63,344 nt of DNA from a virus (lineage: Duplodnaviria; Caudoviricetes), in IMG/VR virus record IMGVR_UViG_3300032328_000227, positions 1 to 63,344 of that record; one strand, written 5' to 3'. Below the pieces are notes generated by a model that saw only the letters and a program-made list of their open reading frames with translations, was not told where the DNA came from and did no database searches. Within the stretch, counting starts at the first letter, position 1; every line of letters starts with the position of its first letter. This document shows, piece after piece, positions 44,496 to 53,386 of the stretch. A program made the position numbers and the translations under genes.

Positions 44496-44670
44496 TTACG
44501 ACATTAATTGGAAGAAATTCAGGCGGGGTACGTCATTTTTTATACCCTGTTTGGATTGCACAACGGCAAAAAATGAAGTACTAAAGGTAACTAAGCGGCT
44601 AAAGATAGATGTGATAATTAAAATATCTATTGAAGACAGTATAAAAGGCTTGCGAGTGTGGAGAATTTGA
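44476..44670 (+). CDS. Small hypothetical protein (last gene of the plus arm)
   Basis: W..F..G.SFFIPC...GLRVWR motif. Confidence 0.7.
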   Translation: MLIERISYDINWKKFRRGTSFFIPCLDCTTAKNEVLKVTKRLKIDVIIKISIEDSIKGLRVWRI

Positions 44671-44683
44671 GCTATATTTCGTT

Positions 44684-44763
44684 TGACGGGTTCTCCATTC
44701 GTCATCCTCTAGGAAGTTAGCTCCTTCCAAACTTTGAAAACCCCGCTCCGGCGGGGCTTTTTT
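44684..44763 (+). ncRNA. Candidate sRNA with CUCC (anti-SD-like) loops
   Basis: TTGCGA-N17-TATATT at 44650-78; hairpins GACGGGT-TCTCC-ATTCGTC and GGAAG-TTAGCTC-CTTCC; ends in a terminator. Confidence 0.4.
44737..44763. terminator. Bidirectional terminator at the convergence of the two arms
   Basis: AAAA-CCCCGC-TCCG-GCGGGG-CTTTTTT. Confidence 0.85.
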
Positions 44764-47700
44764 ATTCTTCTTCAGGCACGTCTTCTGCTACTTCAGCCGC
44801 TTTCATCCTAGCATCAAACTTACGTTGAGTTTCTTCTGTACTTTCTTTAGGGCGTGAATGTTTAACTAATTCATAAAGTCTAGGCATTAATTTAGGTGGA
44901 ACAAGTAGCCCACGGTCAGCCATTGCGCGTAACTTAGCACGTTCAACAGCAGAGTTAGCAATACTAGTACCTAAGATTGCCATTTCAGGATTTGCAATTG
45001 TAAAGCGTACTGCGTCTTGAAGCGCTCTTTCAAACCCAGCGTCATCTTCACGCGCTAATTCTAAATTAAGGCGGTTCATAATTGATTTTTTCTCTTCTTG
45101 CGCACGTTGTACTAGCTCCATTGCTGGGTAGTTTGCTTCTTGAATTTGAGTAAGTCTTGTTGGGTTAAATCCAAATGCTTTCCAAAACCGTTCGGTTTTA
45201 GTGACTTCATCTTTATCAAAAATAACGGCTTGAGACCCCTTAACTTTAATACCCTCCTGCCCCCATACATATTGGGTATATGCACCTTTGGCAAATGCAG
45301 GTAGCAATTTTATTACGCCTTCATTAAAGTGGCCTGTTCTAAAATCGTCATATGCTTTCAAAGTATCTTGAACTAACCCTGCACCTGGACCAGCCGCATT
45401 GATTATAAAATCATTAAATTGATTAGCCATAGAGGGGTCAAACTTAGTATCTCTAAACCATAAGTTATTTAATGACGTGCTAGAGGCAATATCCATATTT
45501 GTAAGCGCAGATACAGGGCCTTTTTCAATATATGAAGCAGCAGCGCCAAAGTTTTCTCCTAGCCAGTTGCGGAACCATAAATCAAGGTCACGTTCTTCAA
45601 TAGGGATTGGGTCATCTTCATCATCTCTTAGTGCTTTACGTAGTCCTTGAATAACTCCAATAATTACACTGTATAACGGCATGCCTACAATACCTGCAAA
45701 CACACCTGTCATCATTAAAGTACCAAAAAATTGGGTAGCTGCTTCACGCCTTGCACGCGGGTTAAGTTTAGAGCCCTTAAGCATAGTCAAGAAATTGCGC
45801 ACTAAATAAGCTGTAACCTGTTGAGGGAATAGTTTAAATTGAAATACTATTCTACCTGCAGGGCTACGCATAATACGCGGGCGGTTATATTTAGAATAGT
45901 TAAACATTGAGTCATAGGTATTTTTTACTGCTTCATCAATAGCACGATTAAACGCTTCTCCGTTTACGCCGCCACTTAGCCCTTCTTTGGTTGCTTTATC
46001 ATATGCAAGCTCAAAGGATGCCATAAACATAATTTCACGGTTTAAACGCTCTGAGTGGTGGAATAGAATACCAGCTAAATTAATACCTGCACGAACACCA
46101 CGACTAACCATATTTTGATGAGTCATAGATGGAGTACGCGCCATACCAACAAGGTCGTAAGTGCGAGTTATCTCGGTAATACCCCGTTCAGAAGCTTCAT
46201 CAAATGCTGCAGCTAATACTCTATTTGATTGCACGTGCTTAGATAACCCAACAGATAGCGGAGTATATTTGCCATCAGGGTCTAAAAATGTAGTGTGGTT
46301 AAATACGTTTCCGTAACGGGCTAACATAGCTGCTGCTTTTATTTCACCGTAGCGAGACGCAAGAACAGGTAAGCCAAAGATAGGAATTGCAGTCATGTTG
46401 GCAAACGCTGACTTAGGTGAAGTTAATCTCCATAAAAACGCCGCTTGGTTTACGCCATTAGCTAAACGTATTAGGGCTTGGTCTTCGATTTCTGGTGATA
46501 GTTCTTCTCCCACACGCATACCAACTTCATTTAAGAAAAGGCCAAGTTTAATTTTTTCTTTTGGTGGCATACCTTCAAGAGCTGCATGAGCCGCATCCAT
46601 CTCTAATGTAATATCAGGGCCAAACTTAAGTCTTGATAGCTGCCCAGCAGTTGCATAGCCCGACCGTACAAAGTTACGTAGTGCGTCCCCGCTAAAACCA
46701 GCAGTGCCCTTACGATGGATAAACTGTTTGCGGAAGCTTTGCTCTGGCATAGTCATCAAGTACATTTGATAAACTGCATCTTTGAGTTCTTCTTTGTTGC
46801 TTAAATTCTGAGTATCAATAATTTTAAAGATACCTTGCAACATTTCGCTAGATTCAGCAGTTAAATTGCGTAGTTTAGTTAAGTCATTACCTGCATCAAA
46901 CTCACCTGATTCCATAATTTCGTTGTACGTACGTGAGTCACCAGCTTTTTGTAGTTGCGCTACACGCTTGTTAAGGAATAGGTTACGCTGTGTTTCGCTT
47001 TCAAACATGTAGAACTCTTTATTTACGCCTGAACCTAAACTCATCCAATAGTTACCATAGCGCATTAATGGGAAGTAAACACCAATCTGTTTAGCATCTT
47101 CATATGTTTGACGAATAGCCGCCATCAATCTACCTTTAGGGGTAGATGCATCGTTAATGTCACCAGGTACACTAGATTTTTGAATGCGCTCATCTAAGAT
47201 TGCACGGTGCAAGTTAAATGTAGTTCTGTAGTGGTCACGAACCCGTTCAAATATACTACGACCTTCAGCAGGTGTTTCACTCCACATTTTATATGCTTGA
47301 GTTAGTCTACTTTGGCGTGTAGTTATTTGGCCTTTATACGCAGCTTTTTCTCTAGGCATTGTAGCTGCATCCATTTTCTTACGGAGTGCAACTAGTTGAG
47401 GGTCTTTTAAAAGTGCTTCAGCAATGTTGTTATATATGCTTGGGTCAACTTCAGATAACGTTGAATAGTGCATCATGCGGGAAAGCTCTTTAGCTTTATC
47501 AATACTAGCCTTAGCGTAATCCGCCCATGGGTCAACAACATCGGTAATAGCCGCAAGCATTTTACTGCGCATCACAGACATTTTTTCTGTGTATCTAGTA
47601 ACTTGGGTTAGATGCGGTATTCTACTTCCAACCCAATCAGTAATCTGAGATGTAGTTAATCCAGGTAGTAGGGTGTATATCCCTTTGCTGGTAAGCGCTT

Positions 47701-50700
47701 CCCATTGAGCGTTAAGAACTCGTTTCTTATCTTCCCATGTTTCAGCTTCTATTAGCTCGCCGATTGAACCGCCCATATCCTCCGCAGATTCAGAACGTGC
47801 AATCTTAAGAAGAATTTTATCTACTTTTACAGACCCGCTCTTTTTAGGTCCTGTAGGTACTCCTGTAATGTTTTGGCCTTGTCCAGTAGTTCCAGCCCCT
47901 TGCTGATTTGGTTGGCTATTTCCTCCCTGCCCTCCTGTTGTACCAGCTCCAGTTTTGTTTGTAGCACGGCCTTTAGCCTTTGCTTCGTCTTTAAATATTT
48001 CATTTGTGTCACTACCCAATCCGACATCCGTACTTTGTTGGGCATCTTCAAGTTGTTTTCCAATATTTTTTGCGCCTGGGTCATTGTATACGCTCCGTAA
48101 GTATTCTAATAAAATTTTATTTTTAGTTAATAAAGCTCTTAATTTATGAGTTGCTATAGTTTCAACCCCTAGTGCTCTAAGTTCAATAGCTAATTGGTTA
48201 TCTTCCGCCCAGAAGCTAGCATTGTGGCCCCCTATTTGATAATGGGATGCTTCATGTACCATTGTATAGTACAGACTATCTGCTTGTCGTTGGATGTCGT
48301 CATAAGTTAATGACGCAGGGTTAACAAACATCGCTTGAAATGGAACTCTTACGTGCACCCCATGATATTCTTGGTCAAAGCTAACCCCAATACCTAATTT
48401 AGATAATGGAATCCTACCTGCTTCATACCTTGACGGATTGTTTTGGGCAATTTCATTTCTAATATCAATAAATATCTTGCCTAAGTCATGTACAAATAAA
48501 TCAAACTTGCTACCAAATCTATCTCGTGCAAGCTCAGTAATAGGTATAATTGGGCCATCAGGAATTTTATCAGTAGAAGCTTCTAATTCATTAATTTTAG
48601 TTTGTACAGCGCGTATTTTTTCGTCCAAAGCTGTATATTCTGCAATATTAACCTTTTTACCTAATGCGGAATCTTCTTGTAGTTGATAACTTTGGCCTTC
48701 TATATTATAAAGTTCTGTTTTTAATCTTTCTAGCTCATTAGGCTGTTGAACCCCCAAGTTAGTGTGCAACATTGGCGTATTTGGGTTGATATCATCTTGG
48801 TCAATTTTAAATTTAGCTATATCTACTCGTGTATTTTCAAGAGTATCTGCGGTTAGTTCTGGTATTTCTCGACCATTAACAATTAATCTTCCGTCAACTA
48901 CTTCAATATTATCACCTTCATTAATAAGCATTAATGAGTCAGCGGAATTTGAAATTGGTGGTGCTAATTTTTGAGGGCCAGAAGATTTTCCATCTGCGCT
49001 AATGTACTCAATATCCCCAAATCCTTGAGCTACTAACGCTGCTTCATTGCCCCGATATAATACATTTAAGTAGTTAAATATCTTATCAAAATCATCTTTT
49101 ACGTTCTTTGAAAATCCTTGACGACTTAATTCAAACGGATATCCTGGCTCTTCAGGTTTAACTTTAGGTTCAACGTTGACAAAAAACTGTCTAGGAATAT
49201 TTTCACTACTGTAGTCTTTTGGGTTTTTCTTAAGTCTAAGGCTAAATTGCAATAGCCCATTAGATAATACGGTAACATTGTCTTTCCATTTACTAGGTTT
49301 TTCTTGTTTAGATACTACAATACGTGCATTACCCCATTCAAATTTAATATTTGCAAATGGAACATAGTCATTAAATGGAAATGATTTCCCAATATTTAAA
49401 ACATCGCCGTTGTATGTAACTGTAATAGGTTCAAATAACGGGCTATCAATAAGGCTATTTGGGGCATCATACGTAGGTACAAAATCAATAGATTTATCTT
49501 CCCCACTAGATGGGTCTTTAAATGTTTCTGGAATAGTTACAGTAATAGTTGTGCCACTAGGCTCATCGGTTGCTTCTGTATTAATACTAGGAGATTGTGA
49601 TTCATCGTCCAATGCTGCTTTTAATTGCTTGCCAGAAGTATCTAGTACGCTTTTAATGCCATTACGTACAGTAGATAGGTGTAATCGTTCGCTACCAAAC
49701 AAAAATTGCATCTTAGCAATACCAAACCCGCCTGAGCTACGTTCAGTATCTTTATTAGTTCCAGCTAATGTTAAAAACGCCTTTTGAATAATCTCAGGAG
49801 TCATACCATTACCATTATCTTTAATAGTAATAGTGCGAGCAGAGGAGTCAGTAATAATTTCAATACGCCCGTCAGTTTTTCCTTCTCGTTCAATCATTGC
49901 TTTAATAGCATCAAATGAATTTTGAAATAATTCTTTAACGGAAATACTTGCCATACTTGATAGGTCACCATAAAGCTGTGGACCAAGAAGTTCAGCCAAA
50001 CGGCCTACGTTTGCAGAAGGTTTAACTTTTATTGATTGGTTAGGTGCTGTAGATTGAGCAGACATATACGCTTCTTCAGCTTGAGCATCATCCGCCGCAA
50101 TAGCTTGCTTTGAAATAAAGTCTTGTTTCTCTTGACGCGCAGGGTATTGCAATTTAGATGCTGCTTCTAGTTCTTCTTTTTTAACTGAAGGGTGGGCTAA
50201 CAGCTCTTGTGCAGCACTAGCCACGTACGTATCAGCATACTGCGGGTCGTTGACTAAATCTTGCAACCCGGCAATAGTTTGCACACGGGTATTTTTATGC
50301 TCTTGTAGTTTTTGTTTTAACTCTTTAATATCTTCATAAGTGCTAGGGTCAAACACATCATTTAAATTAGCTTGTGCATTTCTAACTTGAATATCAGGAG
50401 ATGGATATACTGGAGGAGGTTCAACCGCTATTTCAGGCTCTTTACGCAGTTCCTCTATTTCAATTTTAGCCGCTGCAATATCTTCAGGAGTTACGTTAAG
50501 CTCATCCCGTAAAAACGGAATCATTGGGTGTTTTGGGTCAATAGTGCTTAACTTACGTGCAAGTTCTTTACCCTCTATAACGTGGTCAGGCATTGGTTCT
50601 TCTGGGGTAACTTCAGGCGTTTCTTGCACTGCCTCTTCAGGTTGCACTTTAGGCGTTTCTTGTGATACAGGTTTACCATTTATAGTGCTTAGATATTGTT

Positions 50701-53383
50701 TAGCTGCGCTAGGGTTAAGTACAATTTCGCCTTCACTTACATTACCGAGCGTAGCCTGTCCATTTTCAAACATTGAAATTAAATCTTGAGCAGGAATAGA
50801 AAACTGTGCAACTACATTATTAGCATTTTGTTTTCGATAGGATTCACCCCATTGTGCTAATCCACTTGTAGGTATCCCTTGCCCACCAGCTTGTGATAGC
50901 GAAGTTTCTATGAGCTCCTGAACACCATTAGTAACTGCATTCCAACCCTTTGACAAATGGTCCATATCAGTTGCAACGCGAGTTAACACTACATTCCCTT
51001 GCTCATCCATTTGTAATTCGCCAAGACCTGCAAAAGTACCATCTGCAGTACTTAAATCAGGTAAATTTGGATGATTGCCACCAAACTGTTGTTGTGAAAG
51101 TTGTGCTAATGTTCGTAGCAAATCCTGTGGATTATACTGTACTTCAGGCGCAGGTTGTACCTCTGGAGCTGGTTGTACCTCTGGAGCTGGTTGTACCTCT
51201 GGAGCTGGTTGTACCTCTGGAGCTGGTTGTACCTCTGGAGCTGGTACGGTTTTCCATTGCTCTAATAACTCTTTATAGATATTAGGATTTTCTTTTGCAA
51301 GCTCAGCTACTTCAGGTATTGCGTAAGTTAATATTTTTTTAACTTGAGATGGATTTTTAAATTGAATCCCTGAGTTATGCATTGCTTCAAGTAATGGTGC
51401 ATGTAGCGCTTCTACAGGAGCGGGTTGTACTTCTGGAGCGGGTTGTACCTCTGGAACGGGTTGTACTTCAGGCGTAGGTGGTATTTGCCCCTCTTCTATT
51501 GGCGTTTCTAATGGAGTTGGCTGTTGAACCGTTCCGTCCTCAACTGTTCCAGCAATGTTTCCAACCCCAGCCATTGGAGCTCCGACAGGCTCATTAATTC
51601 CTCCGGTAGGTTCGATAGGTGTGGGTCTTCCAGGAACTTGAACGCTTTCTCCAGTAGTTCCACTGATAGTTCTTCCTGCATCTTCAACCTCCTTACGGTC
51701 CGCGATGTCTTGGTCAGCTAATAGTTTAGCATTCTCTTTAGTTTGCCCTTGAGCAATATATTGTTTAACTAAATCTTTATGTGCTACTGGAGCTGCGGCT
51801 GGGGTACCGCCTGGCTGTGTAAATAATTGGCCTTGGTCTGCAGCGGCAGCTTCAGGTGAAATAGTAGGTAAGTTAATTTTTTGTGTGAGACCTTTGGTCT
51901 TCCACTTGTCTAACGCTTCTTTTTGTGCTTTATCTGCATTTTGCTCTGACTCGTAATATTTCTTAGCATCAGCACGGCTCATGCCTTGAGTTTTCATTAA
52001 CAAGTCTTGCACTGCTTGTGACGTTAGAGTAGTGCCACCCCCCATCACAGCACCAATAAAGGCCGCATCTAATGCTTCCATTGTATTTGCACGGTTAAAT
52101 ACTGGGTCGCCGTTTACAAAAGATACACCGCCTTTCTCAATAAACGTTTGGAAGAACTCGGTTGCACCCTCTACACCCATAGACTTAAGTGCTTCAACAC
52201 CGTATCGCTGAGCAATAGTTTTACCTAGGGCATCAATCATTTCTTTGCGAGCTACAGTATTAATGGTAGTAGCTGCTTTTATGGGGATAATTGCGTCTAA
52301 AGCACCAGCTAAAGTACCAAATGCTGTGGCTACACCAGGGCGTAGTTCGCCAGTTTTAGTGTATATGTCTTGATAGATTGAGCCTGCTTCTAAGCCAGTA
52401 GATGTAGCTAGAGCGCCTGATGCAACCCCATATTTAGCGGCTTTATCTAATAGTTCTTCGGATGCTTTTCTACCATACTTAGCAGCGTAGGCTTCAACTC
52501 CTTTGGTTGCAAGTAGCCTTGCACCTGATGCACCGCCAATAGAAGCTAACATAGATGGGGCGTTTTCAATTGAACCTTCTAGGGCTCGCATTGCCATGTT
52601 CTTAGCTTTGTCTTCAAGCGTATCGCCTTTAGCTAGCGCTTCTTCTGAAGATGCAAACTGTCCTGGGTATTGCTCTGCAATATTAGAAAGCTGTTGTGAC
52701 TTACCTAGTAGTTCACGTGAGGTAGTATCCGCACCAACTGCACCTGCACCCAAAGCAGCAATGTTAGCTACATCCCTACCAAATCCTAGACCACCACGAG
52801 TAATTGCGTTTTTAACTGATTGCATAGTTGAATCAGGGTAGCGCATGGTGCCATTACTAGATGCGGAAGCTACAGCTTGTAGTTTATTAGCAAATATATC
52901 CGCGGCTTGTTCTTTTGTTGCCCCTGAGCGTAATGCCTTTTGTGCTTCTGTACTTGCAAAATCGTAGTTTTTATTAGCTTCATCGTAAAGTTTTTGGTTT
53001 ACTTTACCGTTTGTAGTTTTAAGTGGGCCAACAAGTTGATTTAATACATCTTCTTTAGAAGATATGCCAGTATCAAAACCCATGTCACGTAAAGTTGTAT
53101 TGCCTACAGCTGTAGGTGCAGATTGACCATCGGCTGCTTTAAGATATTCTGCTACTGATTTTTCATTTACTGGACGAGCAGTTGCTTTAGCTTCAACAGT
53201 AGGAGCTTGGATAGATGTTTCTTTTGCAACAGGCGCTATTGCTTCTTCAAATGAAAAAGTTTTAGGAGTGGCAGCTGCTACATTAGGTTTAGCAATAGCT
53301 TCTTCAAATGAAAAAGTTTTAGGTGCAACAGATTCAGAAGCTACAGGTTTTGTAGCCTCTTCAAACGAGAAAGTTTTAGCCAT
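44762..53383 (-). CDS. Giant internal virion / ejection polyvalent protein (ART-like, GHKL ATPase, zincin, LPD-type C-terminus)
   Basis: 2873 aa; ELFQNSFDA, DNGNGM, GGFGIA and GTTI GHKL boxes; HEASH-x5-H; R..S..ExE; last of the ejection genes. Confidence 0.75.
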   Translation of the reverse strand: MAKTFSFEEATKPVASESVAPKTFSFEEAIAKPNVAAATPKTFSFEEAIAPVAKETSIQAPTVEAKATARPVNEKSVAEYLKAADGQSAPTAVGNTTLRDMGFDTGISSKEDVLNQLVGPLKTTNGKVNQKLYDEANKNYDFASTEAQKALRSGATKEQAADIFANKLQAVASASSNGTMRYPDSTMQSVKNAITRGGLGFGRDVANIAALGAGAVGADTTSRELLGKSQQLSNIAEQYPGQFASSEEALAKGDTLEDKAKNMAMRALEGSIENAPSMLASIGGASGARLLATKGVEAYAAKYGRKASEELLDKAAKYGVASGALATSTGLEAGSIYQDIYTKTGELRPGVATAFGTLAGALDAIIPIKAATTINTVARKEMIDALGKTIAQRYGVEALKSMGVEGATEFFQTFIEKGGVSFVNGDPVFNRANTMEALDAAFIGAVMGGGTTLTSQAVQDLLMKTQGMSRADAKKYYESEQNADKAQKEALDKWKTKGLTQKINLPTISPEAAAADQGQLFTQPGGTPAAAPVAHKDLVKQYIAQGQTKENAKLLADQDIADRKEVEDAGRTISGTTGESVQVPGRPTPIEPTGGINEPVGAPMAGVGNIAGTVEDGTVQQPTPLETPIEEGQIPPTPEVQPVPEVQPAPEVQPAPVEALHAPLLEAMHNSGIQFKNPSQVKKILTYAIPEVAELAKENPNIYKELLEQWKTVPAPEVQPAPEVQPAPEVQPAPEVQPAPEVQPAPEVQYNPQDLLRTLAQLSQQQFGGNHPNLPDLSTADGTFAGLGELQMDEQGNVVLTRVATDMDHLSKGWNAVTNGVQELIETSLSQAGGQGIPTSGLAQWGESYRKQNANNVVAQFSIPAQDLISMFENGQATLGNVSEGEIVLNPSAAKQYLSTINGKPVSQETPKVQPEEAVQETPEVTPEEPMPDHVIEGKELARKLSTIDPKHPMIPFLRDELNVTPEDIAAAKIEIEELRKEPEIAVEPPPVYPSPDIQVRNAQANLNDVFDPSTYEDIKELKQKLQEHKNTRVQTIAGLQDLVNDPQYADTYVASAAQELLAHPSVKKEELEAASKLQYPARQEKQDFISKQAIAADDAQAEEAYMSAQSTAPNQSIKVKPSANVGRLAELLGPQLYGDLSSMASISVKELFQNSFDAIKAMIEREGKTDGRIEIITDSSARTITIKDNGNGMTPEIIQKAFLTLAGTNKDTERSSGGFGIAKMQFLFGSERLHLSTVRNGIKSVLDTSGKQLKAALDDESQSPSINTEATDEPSGTTITVTIPETFKDPSSGEDKSIDFVPTYDAPNSLIDSPLFEPITVTYNGDVLNIGKSFPFNDYVPFANIKFEWGNARIVVSKQEKPSKWKDNVTVLSNGLLQFSLRLKKNPKDYSSENIPRQFFVNVEPKVKPEEPGYPFELSRQGFSKNVKDDFDKIFNYLNVLYRGNEAALVAQGFGDIEYISADGKSSGPQKLAPPISNSADSLMLINEGDNIEVVDGRLIVNGREIPELTADTLENTRVDIAKFKIDQDDINPNTPMLHTNLGVQQPNELERLKTELYNIEGQSYQLQEDSALGKKVNIAEYTALDEKIRAVQTKINELEASTDKIPDGPIIPITELARDRFGSKFDLFVHDLGKIFIDIRNEIAQNNPSRYEAGRIPLSKLGIGVSFDQEYHGVHVRVPFQAMFVNPASLTYDDIQRQADSLYYTMVHEASHYQIGGHNASFWAEDNQLAIELRALGVETIATHKLRALLTKNKILLEYLRSVYNDPGAKNIGKQLEDAQQSTDVGLGSDTNEIFKDEAKAKGRATNKTGAGTTGGQGGNSQPNQQGAGTTGQGQNITGVPTGPKKSGSVKVDKILLKIARSESAEDMGGSIGELIEAETWEDKKRVLNAQWEALTSKGIYTLLPGLTTSQITDWVGSRIPHLTQVTRYTEKMSVMRSKMLAAITDVVDPWADYAKASIDKAKELSRMMHYSTLSEVDPSIYNNIAEALLKDPQLVALRKKMDAATMPREKAAYKGQITTRQSRLTQAYKMWSETPAEGRSIFERVRDHYRTTFNLHRAILDERIQKSSVPGDINDASTPKGRLMAAIRQTYEDAKQIGVYFPLMRYGNYWMSLGSGVNKEFYMFESETQRNLFLNKRVAQLQKAGDSRTYNEIMESGEFDAGNDLTKLRNLTAESSEMLQGIFKIIDTQNLSNKEELKDAVYQMYLMTMPEQSFRKQFIHRKGTAGFSGDALRNFVRSGYATAGQLSRLKFGPDITLEMDAAHAALEGMPPKEKIKLGLFLNEVGMRVGEELSPEIEDQALIRLANGVNQAAFLWRLTSPKSAFANMTAIPIFGLPVLASRYGEIKAAAMLARYGNVFNHTTFLDPDGKYTPLSVGLSKHVQSNRVLAAAFDEASERGITEITRTYDLVGMARTPSMTHQNMVSRGVRAGINLAGILFHHSERLNREIMFMASFELAYDKATKEGLSGGVNGEAFNRAIDEAVKNTYDSMFNYSKYNRPRIMRSPAGRIVFQFKLFPQQVTAYLVRNFLTMLKGSKLNPRARREAATQFFGTLMMTGVFAGIVGMPLYSVIIGVIQGLRKALRDDEDDPIPIEERDLDLWFRNWLGENFGAAASYIEKGPVSALTNMDIASSTSLNNLWFRDTKFDPSMANQFNDFIINAAGPGAGLVQDTLKAYDDFRTGHFNEGVIKLLPAFAKGAYTQYVWGQEGIKVKGSQAVIFDKDEVTKTERFWKAFGFNPTRLTQIQEANYPAMELVQRAQEEKKSIMNRLNLELAREDDAGFERALQDAVRFTIANPEMAILGTSIANSAVERAKLRAMADRGLLVPPKLMPRLYELVKHSRPKESTEETQRKFDARMKAAEVAEDVPEEE
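51135..51473 (-). repeat. 18-bp tandem repeats encoding PEVQPA linkers
   Basis: GGTTGTACCTCTGGAGCT x5 exact at 51153-51242; degenerate cluster at ~51417-51473. Confidence 0.95.
53235..53380 (-). repeat. Three KTFSFEEA repeats at the giant protein N-terminus
   Basis: Visible at both protein and DNA level. Confidence 0.85.
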
Positions 53384-53386
53384 ATA

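Noticed and set aside
22552-44705. Minus-strand ORFs in the early/replication arm, and ORFs 22925 and 23012
   Set aside because: Shadows of plus-strand genes, or spanning a terminator and repeats; no recognisable motifs.
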